The notes under the pieces were generated by a model. The model worked only from the letters and a program-made list of their open reading frames with translations. It made no database searches and had not been told where the DNA came from. Below are positions 11,079 to 20,594 of a stretch of 64,000 nucleotides of DNA, piece after piece. A program made the translations under genes and the position numbers. Position 1 is the first letter of the stretch. Every line of letters starts with the position of its first letter. Source of the DNA: Rhodospirillales bacterium (GTDB taxonomy: Bacteria > Pseudomonadota > Alphaproteobacteria > SMXQ01); assembly GCA_018666775.1 (NCBI GenBank), contig JABIXC010000007.1:96845-160844 (forward strand), written 5' to 3'.

Positions 11079-12254
11079 TTATGTCACCTTTCCCTGTTCA
11101 GTGACCTTGTCATAAAGCGCACGATATTGATCCGCGATGGCCTTGATCGAGTATTTTTGTTCCATGGCTTGACGGGCATTGCCGCTCAATTTTTCGCGGG
11201 CTTCCTGAGGCAAGCAAAGCAATTCCAACATGGCCCCTGCCAACGCATCGGGATCTTCGGGGACAACAATTTTTCCGTTTTCACCCACGATAGACGCAGA
11301 ATCCCCAACATCTGTGGCCGCCACAGGAATGCCTGTCGCCAATGCTTCTCCGATGGTGTTGGAATACCCTTCCCCAAAGGCTGAAGAGGACACAGCAACA
11401 TCAAGCGATGCCGTCAACCGGGGGATATCATTACGAAGTCCCAACAGATACACAGACCCTGACAAGCCAGCATTCCAGATCAGTTTACGCAAATGAGAAT
11501 TAGTATTTTTGACGCTTGTCCCACACATCACGAATTTCACATTGGGCTGGCGTTCATGTAACAGGGCGGCAGCACGCAAAAAAGTGCGGTGGTCCTTTTG
11601 TGGATTAAATCGAGCGAACAAGCCAACCAATGGCGCATCCAATGGTGCTTCAATCTCTTTTCGAATTGTTTGACGGGCGGCGGGATCTGGATGAAATCGG
11701 CGAAAGTCAAACCCGTTGGGAATGACCGTCAGCTTGTCGGTGCAATAACCCATGGCTTCGTGAATATGGCGGGCCGATTGTGAAACACAAAGAATGCTAT
11801 CTGGCAGCCAGTCCGAAGTCTTCGCGCCCAACCAAGCGGATAAAAAAGCACTTTTTTTACTGTGCCGGGGGTCAAGGTTTGACTGACGCAAGCCCCAAAT
11901 AAGTGGTATTTTTTTGACCCCGGCTGCCGCAGCGATCCCCCCCAGAAAATTAGCATGATACATCCAAGTTTGGATGACATCGGGCTGGGCTGCTATGATT
12001 TTTTTTCTAAGACGGTTTAATTTCCAGAACATACTGGGTCCGACCGACATGCCAAGACTGGTCACCGGAATACCCAATTTGCGAATGGGCGGGCCCATGG
12101 GGCCCGGTTTTGAAAGAGAAATAACCTCCGCGTCGGGAGAACCAGGCCCAGATTCTTTAAACTGCGTCAGCAGCTTTAGAAGCATGGCTTCCGCGCCACC
12201 AGCCTCTAACCCGGTTATGATGTGAAGAACCTTCAAAATGCGCCCAAGCCCCAC
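11079..12254 (-). CDS. Glycosyltransferase family 4
   Basis: GGAE, DVIQTWMYHA, IPNG, KDH and the ExxxxxxxEA motif (EGYSNTIGEA...TDVG). Confidence 0.9.
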   Translation of the reverse strand: MGLGRILKVLHIITGLEAGGAEAMLLKLLTQFKESGPGSPDAEVISLSKPGPMGPPIRKLGIPVTSLGMSVGPSMFWKLNRLRKKIIAAQPDVIQTWMYHANFLGGIAAAAGVKKIPLIWGLRQSNLDPRHSKKSAFLSAWLGAKTSDWLPDSILCVSQSARHIHEAMGYCTDKLTVIPNGFDFRRFHPDPAARQTIRKEIEAPLDAPLVGLFARFNPQKDHRTFLRAAALLHERQPNVKFVMCGTSVKNTNSHLRKLIWNAGLSGSVYLLGLRNDIPRLTASLDVAVSSSAFGEGYSNTIGEALATGIPVAATDVGDSASIVGENGKIVVPEDPDALAGAMLELLCLPQEAREKLSGNARQAMEQKYSIKAIADQYRALYDKVTEQGKVT

Positions 12255-12366
12255 CCAAATCTCAATTGTCTGTTACACGCAGTTAAGCGCTGCGCCAATG
12301 ATTAAGCTTGCGCTTAATCTAAGCCCTGGCGCGGTATTGGACAAGAATTCACCGCTATAAAAAACG

Positions 12367-13053
12367 TTACGCAGCAGTGCTGCCGGTGTCGGTTTCTTTG
12401 CTTTCATCGGCAGCATGGCGTGCCGCACGGGTGCGTCGGGATGGCCGGGGTTTTGCTTTCGGCTTTGGCTTGGCGGCCCCATCATCGGCTGCTTGATCAG
12501 CCCCATCACCATTGTCCGTACCATTTTCCGAAATTTCCCGGATCAGTTCTGATGGAGAGACAATTTTGGCAGCATCTGGCTGATCCCCGTCTTCGGCCCT
12601 ATTGGCCTCAGTTGTTGCAGGCGGCGGTGCGGCTGGTTCGGTAGCACCATTCACCTCAACAGGTGGCTGAGAGGGCTTATTGGGCTGTTGCTGTTGCCCC
12701 TGATTCTGGCCCTGATTCTGATTCTGGCCCTGATTCTGATTCTGGCCCTGATTGGGCTGATTGCCGCGATTGGCCTGATTGGCCTGGTTGGCCTGGTTGG
12801 CCTGCAACTGGGCATTCATGGTTCGGTAGTAATGTTCTGCATGCTGAAAATAGTTTTCAGATGCAACCCGATCCCCTGCCATTTGTGCATCACTGGCCAT
12901 GGCCAAATACTTTTCATAAACCTGGCTCGCGTTGCCGCGCACCCTGCCTTCGGGGCCAGTGGAATCGTAAGAATGGTTTCTGTTGTTGGATGGCTTGTTA
13001 TTGCGACCCTGCTGTCGTCCACGGGGTCTTTTTCCGTTCGATACTTGTCTCAT
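12367..13053 (-). CDS. DUF4167 domain protein with Q/N-rich low-complexity tract
   Basis: YDSTGPEGRVRGNASQVYEKYL...ENYFQHAEHYYR signature, in its usual position downstream of prmC. Start MRQVS at 13053. Confidence 0.85.
   Translation of the reverse strand: MRQVSNGKRPRGRQQGRNNKPSNNRNHSYDSTGPEGRVRGNASQVYEKYLAMASDAQMAGDRVASENYFQHAEHYYRTMNAQLQANQANQANQANRGNQPNQGQNQNQGQNQNQGQNQGQQQQPNKPSQPPVEVNGATEPAAPPPATTEANRAEDGDQPDAAKIVSPSELIREISENGTDNGDGADQAADDGAAKPKPKAKPRPSRRTRAARHAADESKETDTGSTAA
12685..12804 (-). repeat. 9-bp and 18-bp tandem repeats encoding (QAN)4 and (QGQNQN)n
   Basis: Plus strand GCCCTGATTCTGATTCTG twice (12709-12744) and TGGCCTG(A/G)T about four times (12771-12804). Confidence 0.9.
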
Positions 13054-13235
13054 GCGGTATGACAACTTTTTTTGTGGTTGTGAGTTATCTGACTTGTTGG
13101 CTCCCCTCACCTTCGGCATTACTTAAGGTTTTGCCGAAACAACCCAGACCCCAATTCGGATCCGGTGCCGCCACAATGTGGCTAGACTTTCCAGGATGGG
13201 AGCGGCGCACCCAGTGCGCGTACTCAACGTCCGCA

Positions 13236-13264
13236 AAACTAGACGGGAATCCCCGCTTTTCCAA
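13236..13264 (-). promoter_or_regulatory. Putative sigma70 promoter for the DUF4167 gene, embedded in the 3' end of prmC
   Basis: Minus strand TTGGAA-N17-TAGTTT; the spacer contains a GANTC site at 13247-13251. Confidence 0.45.
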
Positions 13265-14162
13265 CCTTTTTTTTCACTTTTATTCCCCCCGGCTCTACCC
13301 CACGGTTTTCAAGGGGGTTTATAAGGGAAAGTGCCCTTTCAATGCCTGCCAGATCAGCCCGTGAGCGGTGCGCAACAAGACCGAATTCTTCAAATATCGC
13401 CCTGACAGGCCCCCCTTGGCCCGCACCCAATTCGATAACCGAAACCCCGGATGGGCCTAAAAGGTCGCGTATTTGCGGGGCAATGGCACGGTAAGCATCC
13501 AAGCCCTCCGGGCCTGCAAACAAAGCACGCGCCGGATCATGGTCGCGCACATCGGCCGCCAAAAGGTCGCGATCCCCGTCTGCAATATAGGGCGGATTGG
13601 AAACAATCAGATCGAATGGACCATCAAGTCCCTCACCCCAATTCCCGCATTGGAACCGAACCCTGCCATCAAGGCCAAGCGCTTTGGCATTGGTCTCGGC
13701 AATTCTGAGAGCCCCTTCGGCACAATCGATGCCAAGGCCAACCGCATTGGGGTATTCCGACAACAAGGCCAACAGCAAACAACCACTTCCTGTCCCAAGA
13801 TCAAGGATGGAAAATGTTCGGTCATGATCTTGAATTTCTGCCTCAACGGACTCGACCAACGTTTCCGTTTCTGGTCTTGGCACCAGGGTATCGGGACCAA
13901 GGGAGAATGAAAGGCTCCAAAATTCCCGTTCGTTGATAATTCTGGCAACCGGTTCATGGGCCAAACGACGATCAACGGCATTGTTAAATTTTTTGATGTC
14001 GCCAGACACAATTTCCATATCGGGATGGGCCACCATTGCTTCGCGAGCCAACCCAAGAACCCCAGAAGCCAATGCCCTTGCCTCCATGCGGGGGCCTTCG
14101 AACCCGCCAGCGGCAAAAGCCGCACTGGCATTTTGCAAAAGGGCTTCCAGGGATTGTGTCAT
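13239..14162 (-). CDS. prmC: Release factor glutamine N5-methyltransferase
   Basis: [16 protein letters not shown] and SNPPY; directly follows prfA. Confidence 0.96.
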   Translation of the reverse strand: MTQSLEALLQNASAAFAAGGFEGPRMEARALASGVLGLAREAMVAHPDMEIVSGDIKKFNNAVDRRLAHEPVARIINEREFWSLSFSLGPDTLVPRPETETLVESVEAEIQDHDRTFSILDLGTGSGCLLLALLSEYPNAVGLGIDCAEGALRIAETNAKALGLDGRVRFQCGNWGEGLDGPFDLIVSNPPYIADGDRDLLAADVRDHDPARALFAGPEGLDAYRAIAPQIRDLLGPSGVSVIELGAGQGGPVRAIFEEFGLVAHRSRADLAGIERALSLINPLENRGVEPGGIKVKKKVGKAGIPV

Positions 14163-15271
14163 TTCAAGGCGGCCAACCGGCTGGCCTGATCTTCGGCAAT
14201 CAGGGTTTCAATCACTTCATCCAGCCCTTCACCAACAATGATCCGGTCCAGCTTGTGCAGGGTCAGGCCGATCCGATGATCGGTGACCCGCCCTTGGGGA
14301 TAATTATAGGTGCGGATGCGTTCAGATCGATCCCCCGTCCCCACCTGGGATTTACGATCTGCGGCGCGTTCGTCATCGCGAAGCTGGCGCATATGATCAT
14401 AAAGACGGGCGCGCAAAATTTTCATCGCTTTAGCCCGGTTCTTGTGCTGCGATTTTTCATCCTGCTGGGACACCACAATGCCCGTTGGCAAATGGGTGAT
14501 GCGCACGGCAGAATCCGTTGTGTTCACCGATTGCCCGCCGGGGCCAGATGCCCGAAACACATCAATCCGCAATTCCTTTTCATTGATGTCCACGTCCACT
14601 TCTTCGGCTTCTGGTAAAACAGCAACGGTGGCCGCAGAGGTATGGATGCGGCCCTGGGTTTCGGTTTGGGGCACCCTTTGAACCCGGTGGACCCCGGATT
14701 CAAATTTCAACCGCGAAAACACGCCATTGCCCGATATCGATGCCGTTGCATCCTTATAGCCACCCCGGTCTGTTTCTGATGTTTCCATCACTTCAAACTT
14801 CCAGCCACGAAGTTCGGCATAGCGCTGATACATTCGGAACAAATCGCCGGCAAACAATGCCGCTTCGTCACCGCCGGTTCCGGCCCGTACTTCTAGAATT
14901 GCATTTCGCTCATCGGCTTCATCCCGGGGCAACAATGACAATTTAATGGCATCTTCAAGGGTGGGGATGCGCTGTTTAAGCGCTTCGAACTCACCTTCGG
15001 CCATTTTGCGAAGATCATCATCTTCGCCCGCATCGGCAATCATGGTCGCCAGTTCGGAAATTTCAGCTGTGGCTTCCTTCCATTCCCCAATGCGTTCCAC
15101 AACGTCTGAAAGATCCGAATATTCCTTTGAAAGCCGGACCAGTTCAGTGGACGGCAATTCGGCACTATCGGCAAGCTGATCCGCAATCCCGGCATGATGC
15201 GCCAATACCTGATCCAGCTTTTCTTCAAATGCCGGTCGCGTTGACCCTGTTTTTTTATTGTCCACACTCAC
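14159..15271 (-). CDS. prfA: Peptide chain release factor 1
   Basis: GGQ motif, PxT specificity motif (RVPQTE) and RSERIRTYN. Confidence 0.98.
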   Translation of the reverse strand: MSVDNKKTGSTRPAFEEKLDQVLAHHAGIADQLADSAELPSTELVRLSKEYSDLSDVVERIGEWKEATAEISELATMIADAGEDDDLRKMAEGEFEALKQRIPTLEDAIKLSLLPRDEADERNAILEVRAGTGGDEAALFAGDLFRMYQRYAELRGWKFEVMETSETDRGGYKDATASISGNGVFSRLKFESGVHRVQRVPQTETQGRIHTSAATVAVLPEAEEVDVDINEKELRIDVFRASGPGGQSVNTTDSAVRITHLPTGIVVSQQDEKSQHKNRAKAMKILRARLYDHMRQLRDDERAADRKSQVGTGDRSERIRTYNYPQGRVTDHRIGLTLHKLDRIIVGEGLDEVIETLIAEDQASRLAALK

Positions 15272-15301
15272 GCGTTCTCTCCTTAGGCCCTGCAGGCCTT
15301 T

Positions 15302-16603
15302 CTAATCTTTGTCTTTTTCAAGGCCAAAAAGCCTGGAAAGCAGCTCGGCTTCGGGAAGGGATTCCCCATCATCGACAGAACCACCCATTTTCCGAAGGGC
15401 CCGGTATGGGCCATGTAACAGGCGGTTAATTAACAGCTGCGTTGCCTCTTGGGCAGTGACGTCCGGATTTTCCGCCAAAATTTCAGCGCGCATGGCTTCA
15501 AAATGGCCTCGAAGCGCCACCACCAAAGGGGCCGCCATGCGAACCGCTTCGGCTTGCATGAAATTTTCAACCGCGTCATCAACAATCAAACGCGCCTCAA
15601 TGGCGGCACGGGTTCTTTGCTCTTGGCCCTTGAGCGCAATGCGCTCCAGATCATCAAGGGTAAAAAGATAGGCGCCATCAAGTTTCCCCACGGCACTGTC
15701 TACATCCTTTGGCACGGCGGCATCCAGAAAAAACATCGGCTTAAACCGGCGTTTTTTCAAAGCACCCGAAACGGAACTGGCCATGATGATGGGTTGTGCA
15801 CTGCCGAGCCCTGATAGAACAATGTCGGTTTCCGCCAAAACATCACCGATTTCGGCCATCCCCAGCACATGCGCCCCAAGGCGCCGGGACAGGGCATCGG
15901 CCCGAGGGGCCAACACATCCACAACCGTTATATGACGCAACCCCTGAAGGCGTAATTTTTCCACGACCGGAACATTGATATCCCCGGCACCGATCAAGAG
16001 CGCATGGGCATCTTCATAATGGCCCACGACATCCCGTGCTGCCTGACACGCCGCAGCCGCCAGGGAAACGGCACTTTCACCAATCGTCGTTTCCGTGCGC
16101 ACCTGTTTGGCAACGACATAAGAGCGTTCAAAAATTCTTTTTAAACCCGAACCAAGACACCCCGCACCATCCGCTTGGCGCTGGGCTTCTTTGACCTGAC
16201 CCAGAACCTCCGATTCCCCCACCACCTGGCTTTCAAGGGAGGCCGATATTGCAAAAAGATGAGAAAGGGCATGGGGGCCTGAAAGGCTAAAACTGCCGTC
16301 GTTCAATTCAGCCGCAGCCATCCCCGTGGTCGCTGCAAAAACGGTCCTAAGGCGCTGCTCCACACTGGTTGGGTCCATATCAAGGGCAACAATTTCAACC
16401 CGGTCACACGTCGAAAGCACCACCACATTCCCAAAACCGGCCGCAATTAAACGGCTATAGAATGCTCCCAGCGCATCTTCAGGGATAAACAATTGGTCCC
16501 GCAATCCCTGACTGGCGGTGTTGTGATTGAACCCGACAACAACCAATTGATCAAAGATGGTGTCTATTGGGGCGTTAGTTGCAGAATCGCTGCTGGATGC
16601 CAT
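15302..16603 (-). CDS. hemA: Glutamyl-tRNA reductase
   Basis: GFNHNTA, catalytic STCDRVE, HLF...SLESQVVGESEVLGQVK, NADPH motif IGAG, DAAVPKDV and C-terminal LINRLLHGP...LFGL. Start MASSSD at 16603. Confidence 0.9.
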   Translation of the reverse strand: MASSSDSATNAPIDTIFDQLVVVGFNHNTASQGLRDQLFIPEDALGAFYSRLIAAGFGNVVVLSTCDRVEIVALDMDPTSVEQRLRTVFAATTGMAAAELNDGSFSLSGPHALSHLFAISASLESQVVGESEVLGQVKEAQRQADGAGCLGSGLKRIFERSYVVAKQVRTETTIGESAVSLAAAACQAARDVVGHYEDAHALLIGAGDINVPVVEKLRLQGLRHITVVDVLAPRADALSRRLGAHVLGMAEIGDVLAETDIVLSGLGSAQPIIMASSVSGALKKRRFKPMFFLDAAVPKDVDSAVGKLDGAYLFTLDDLERIALKGQEQRTRAAIEARLIVDDAVENFMQAEAVRMAAPLVVALRGHFEAMRAEILAENPDVTAQEATQLLINRLLHGPYRALRKMGGSVDDGESLPEAELLSRLFGLEKDKD

Positions 16604-16628
16604 AGCGTCTCTTTTCCGGGCCAATCCC

Positions 16629-17879
16629 TTATCCGGGAACTTTGGGGGCAAGCCGTTCAAGCAACCCATCAAGGGCAATTTCGGTTTGTTCGCCTGAATC
16701 CATATCGCGCAGTGTTGCTACGTTTCGGGCCAATTCATCTTCGCCCAGGATCAGCACATATGCCGCATTAAGCCGGTTTGCCCGTTTCATGCGACGGCCA
16801 AGATTGCCTGAAAACCCAAGCTCCACCGCACATCCACCGTGGCGCAATTGATGGGTGATTTTAAGGGCTTCGGCCTCTGCCTCTGCGCCAAGGGGAATGA
16901 CCACGATGGGGCGCGGCATTTCTGCGCTGCCCTCTACCAACATGGCCAAACGTTCAATGCCCGCAGCCCAGCCGACGCCCGGCGTTGCAGGCCCCCCCAT
17001 GGTTTTCACCAACCCGTCATACCGCCCGCCGGCCAATACCGTGCCTTGGGCCCCGAGCGCATCGGTGGTGAATTCAAACGCCGTGTGACAGTAATAATCA
17101 AGCCCGCGCACCAGTCTTGGGTTGAGGCTGTATTGAATAGAAAGCGCATCCAACCCTTCGCGAACCGTTGCAAAGAAATCAGCTGCTTCGGCGCTTAAGT
17201 GATCATCAAAGACCGGTGCATCCGCAACGATGCGTTTGTCGCCTTCATTTTTTGAATCAAGAATGCGCAACGGATTGCGTTCCAATCTGGCCTGGCTGTC
17301 TTCAGACAGATCATTTTTATAATCGGAAAAATAGGCAACCAAAACATCCCGGTACGCCGTGCGACTGGCCTGATCCCCAAGGGTATTTATTTCCAGAACC
17401 GTTTTATCCAATATCCCCAGATTTTCCAGAACATGCGCCCCAAGCGAGATCACCTCTACATCCCCCAGAGGGGTAGGCACCCCAAGAAGTTCAACGCCAA
17501 TCTGGTGGAATTGACGCAACCGGCCTTTTTGGGGGCGTTCATGGCGAAACATGGGCCCATGATAAAAGAACTTCAACGGCAGGCTTTGGCCCAAACCGCC
17601 CGAAATCAACGCCCGGGCAATCCCCGCCGTGCCTTCGGGACGCAACGTTAGCTGATCGTCGGAACGATCCGTAAACGTGTACATCTCCTTGGTAACAATA
17701 TCGGAGGTATCCCCAAGGGTGCGCTTGAACACTTCGGTGAATTCAAAAATTGGCGTCGCCATTTCCTGATACCCGTAATGCGCACCAAGATCACGCGCCG
17801 TCTCTACGATGTAGCGGTGGCGCAGGCTCTGTTCGGGCAGAATATCGTGGGTGCCGCGAACCGGCTGTAATCCAGACAT
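16629..17879 (-). CDS. hisS: Histidyl-tRNA synthetase
   Basis: LRPEGTA, FRHERPQKGRLRQFHQ, LVRGLDYY and GGRYD. Confidence 0.98.
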   Translation of the reverse strand: MSGLQPVRGTHDILPEQSLRHRYIVETARDLGAHYGYQEMATPIFEFTEVFKRTLGDTSDIVTKEMYTFTDRSDDQLTLRPEGTAGIARALISGGLGQSLPLKFFYHGPMFRHERPQKGRLRQFHQIGVELLGVPTPLGDVEVISLGAHVLENLGILDKTVLEINTLGDQASRTAYRDVLVAYFSDYKNDLSEDSQARLERNPLRILDSKNEGDKRIVADAPVFDDHLSAEAADFFATVREGLDALSIQYSLNPRLVRGLDYYCHTAFEFTTDALGAQGTVLAGGRYDGLVKTMGGPATPGVGWAAGIERLAMLVEGSAEMPRPIVVIPLGAEAEAEALKITHQLRHGGCAVELGFSGNLGRRMKRANRLNAAYVLILGEDELARNVATLRDMDSGEQTEIALDGLLERLAPKVPG

Positions 17880-17891
17880 ATATCCCGCCCC

Positions 17892-19058
17892 TTAACCTGT
17901 TGCCTTGGCCGAACCGGCCGCAGCATTATTCTTTGATTTGTTCTTCAAAACCGTATCTTCCGTTTCTTTATCAATTTTTATAGCGCGGGCCTCAACCAAT
18001 TCAACAATGTGATCGATTAATTCCACTTCGGAAATTTTGTGATCCGGCGTGCCCGCCATGAAAACCATATGGGTGCCATTGCCACCCCCGGTCAGGCCGA
18101 TATCGGTTTCCCGTGCCTCACCCGGACCATTCACCACACAGCCAATGATCGATACTGTCATGGGGGCCGTGACATGGGCCAAGCGTTCTTCCAATTTTGC
18201 CACCGTCTCAATCACCTGAAATTGCTGACGGGCACAACTGGGACAAGCAATGATGGTGACCCCCTTGTGACGCAGGCCCAGGGATTTCAGAATTTCAAAG
18301 CCCGCGTGAACTTCTTCTACAGGGTCTGCTGCCAGGGAAACCCGGATGGTGTCGCCGATCCCGGCACGCAACAACCCGCCAATGCCAATGGCCGATTTGA
18401 TGGTACCTGTGCGCAAGCCCCCGGCCTCTGTAACGCCAAGGTGAAGGGGGTAATCACACAGTGCGGCCAGTTGTTCATAAGATTTCATGGCCAGAAAAAC
18501 ATCCGATGCCTTGACCGAAATTTTAAAATCAAAAAAATCATTGTCTTCAAGAATGCGCATATGATTTTGAGCACTTTCTACCAATGCCTCTGGACAGGGT
18601 TCCCCATATTTTTCCAGGATGTCGCGTTCCAGCGATCCCCCATTAACCCCAATCCGGATGGAACAGCCATGATCCTTGGCCGCCTTGATCACTTCGCGCA
18701 CACGGTCCGGTGACCCAATGTTGCCGGGATTAATGCGCAGGCACGCCGCCCCGGCATCGGCCGCTTCGATGGCGCGCTTATAGTGGAAGTGGATATCGGC
18801 GACGATGGGAACATCGACCGCATTGATGATGGCGCCAAGTGCGGCTGATGATTCTTCATCGGGGCATGAAATGCGGACAATATCGGCACCCGCCGCTTCC
18901 AATTGGCGAACCTGGGCAATGGTCGCTTCAATGTCCGTGGTCGCCGTGTTGGTCATGGACTGGACGCTTATGGGCGCATCCCCGCCAACGGCAACAGACC
19001 CGACATGGACTTGCCGGGTTTTGCGTCGATTAATTTCACGATAAGGCCGAATGCTCAT
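17892..19058 (-). CDS. ispG: 4-hydroxy-3-methylbut-2-enyl diphosphate synthase
   Basis: [33 protein letters not shown] and [10 protein letters not shown]. Start MSIRP at 19058. Confidence 0.97.
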   Translation of the reverse strand: MSIRPYREINRRKTRQVHVGSVAVGGDAPISVQSMTNTATTDIEATIAQVRQLEAAGADIVRISCPDEESSAALGAIINAVDVPIVADIHFHYKRAIEAADAGAACLRINPGNIGSPDRVREVIKAAKDHGCSIRIGVNGGSLERDILEKYGEPCPEALVESAQNHMRILEDNDFFDFKISVKASDVFLAMKSYEQLAALCDYPLHLGVTEAGGLRTGTIKSAIGIGGLLRAGIGDTIRVSLAADPVEEVHAGFEILKSLGLRHKGVTIIACPSCARQQFQVIETVAKLEERLAHVTAPMTVSIIGCVVNGPGEARETDIGLTGGGNGTHMVFMAGTPDHKISEVELIDHIVELVEARAIKIDKETEDTVLKNKSKNNAAAGSAKATG

Positions 19059-19187
19059 GATAAGTCCCAAATCGGGGGGCAAAATAAAATGCAATTATGA
19101 TGGCTCTATAACTGCGCCCTTGAGATAAAAAAATCAAGGAACCCCCCGGTATTAGACCACAAAACTGCCAGGGGTATGGGAGAAACC

Positions 19188-20456
19188 CTAAGGTGCGGGG
19201 GCCGGGCCTTTACGCAGATTATCAGCATCCAGTGAAACACCGCGACGCACCGCCCCAAAGGGACCAATGGGCGGAACAACCGTCCCATCAACCAGAATTT
19301 CAAGCGCGCCCGCGTTCCCGGTCATCAGCTGAAGCCCTTTTGTCGGGGGAACCGCATAGGAATCACCGGCACGCAGGATGCGGGTCATCACTAAATTCCC
19401 GGACTCATTGCGGATTTGAATCCAGCTATCCGTCTTCGCCCGCACGACAATCTTTGAAGAAACCTCAACTGGCACCACAGCCGGAATCTGGGCAGGGGTT
19501 TTGGGTTTTACCGATGCCACGGCCGGTGCCGGGATAGCCTTTTCAGCCACGGCCTTTTCAGCCGCAGCTTTCTCGGCGGCGGCCTTTTTAGCCACAGCTT
19601 TTTCAACCACAGCCTTTTCAGCGGCAGCCTTTTCTATGGCGATTTTCTCGGCGACAGCTTTCTCAGCAGCAGCCTTATCTACGGCAATTTTCTCGGCGAT
19701 CGCTTTTTCGGCTGCGGCTTTATCAACAGCGATTTTTTCCGCAACGGCCTTTTCTGCGGCGGCTTTATCAACAGCGATTTTCTCCGCCGCAGCTTTTTCA
19801 GCGGCAGCTTTATCAACAGCGATTTTCTCCGCAGCTGCCTTTTCGACAGCACCATTTTGGGTGGCTGACTTTTTCACTTCAGGCTTCGCAGCTTTTGGCT
19901 TTTCGGCTTTGGGTTTTTCAGCGATCGTTTTGGGCACTTCCGGCACAATATTGGCCGTCCCCGAACCGCCGATATTCAAAGAATACCAAAGCCCATACGC
20001 CGTCCCTGCCAGAACCAGAGAAACAAGAATGATCCCACCACGGGGAATGCGACTTTCCGAAACCGGTTCCGGAAAAACAAGATCCGATTGAGGGACAGCC
20101 CCTGCAAGCTCCTTTTTGAAAAGGCGCACGGCTTCTTCACCATTAAGACCCAAATATTCGGCATAACTGCGAAGGAATCCGATGGCATATGCCGGACCTG
20201 GCAAACTGTCCAAATCATCCCGTTCCAAAGCATCAAGATAAGATTCCCTGATCCGAAGGGTGCCGGCCACATCGCTAAGTGCCAGATGGTTGGCCTCACG
20301 GCAATTGCGCAAAAGTTCGCCGACCAGCGCCTTGCCCTCATGGACAAGTTCAAATCCATCGGGCCGTTCAGAAATATCGACGTCTTCCCCATCACCCGGG
20401 GCACCAGATGCCGGTTTTCCGAATAAAGACCCTTTTTTCTTAACTGGCTTCGCCAT
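19188..20456 (-). CDS. rodZ: RodZ-like protein (HTH, TM, long repeat linker, DUF4115 domain)
   Basis: [15 protein letters not shown]...[12 protein letters not shown], a single TM, C-terminal DSWIQIR...TGNAGAL, and position upstream of ispG. Start MAKPV at 20456. Confidence 0.85.
   Translation of the reverse strand: MAKPVKKKGSLFGKPASGAPGDGEDVDISERPDGFELVHEGKALVGELLRNCREANHLALSDVAGTLRIRESYLDALERDDLDSLPGPAYAIGFLRSYAEYLGLNGEEAVRLFKKELAGAVPQSDLVFPEPVSESRIPRGGIILVSLVLAGTAYGLWYSLNIGGSGTANIVPEVPKTIAEKPKAEKPKAAKPEVKKSATQNGAVEKAAAEKIAVDKAAAEKAAAEKIAVDKAAAEKAVAEKIAVDKAAAEKAIAEKIAVDKAAAEKAVAEKIAIEKAAAEKAVVEKAVAKKAAAEKAAAEKAVAEKAIPAPAVASVKPKTPAQIPAVVPVEVSSKIVVRAKTDSWIQIRNESGNLVMTRILRAGDSYAVPPTKGLQLMTGNAGALEILVDGTVVPPIGPFGAVRRGVSLDADNLRKGPAPAP
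19536..19844 (-). repeat. About 20 pentapeptide repeats of type [10 protein letters not shown], with 45-bp higher-order periodicity
   Basis: Translation [41 protein letters not shown]..., with synonymous divergence between copies. Confidence 0.95.
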
Positions 20457-20594
20457 ATCACCCTTTCGCGGGAATGAGCACCCAACCTGAAACGCAATGC
20501 CTTGCTTACGCCCGCCAGGAAAATAATTCGTTAACCTATAAAAAGCTTTGTTAACAAATATTTGCACCAAAGCCAATGGGATTCCCCAATGCTA

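Noticed and set aside
12301..12318. ATTAAGC-TTGC-GCTTAAT inverted repeat as a CtrA box or terminator
   Set aside because: TTAA spacing is 8 rather than 7, the stem is weak and there is no U-tract.
12663..13364. ORF with PDSDSG and WPG repeats
   Set aside because: Opposite-strand reading of the Q/N repeat in the DUF4167 gene.
19501..20091. Ala/Ser/Phe-repeat ORF; repeats also considered as a CRISPR-like array
   Set aside because: Antisense of the RodZ linker; the repeats are contiguous and codon-phased, with no unique spacers or cas genes.
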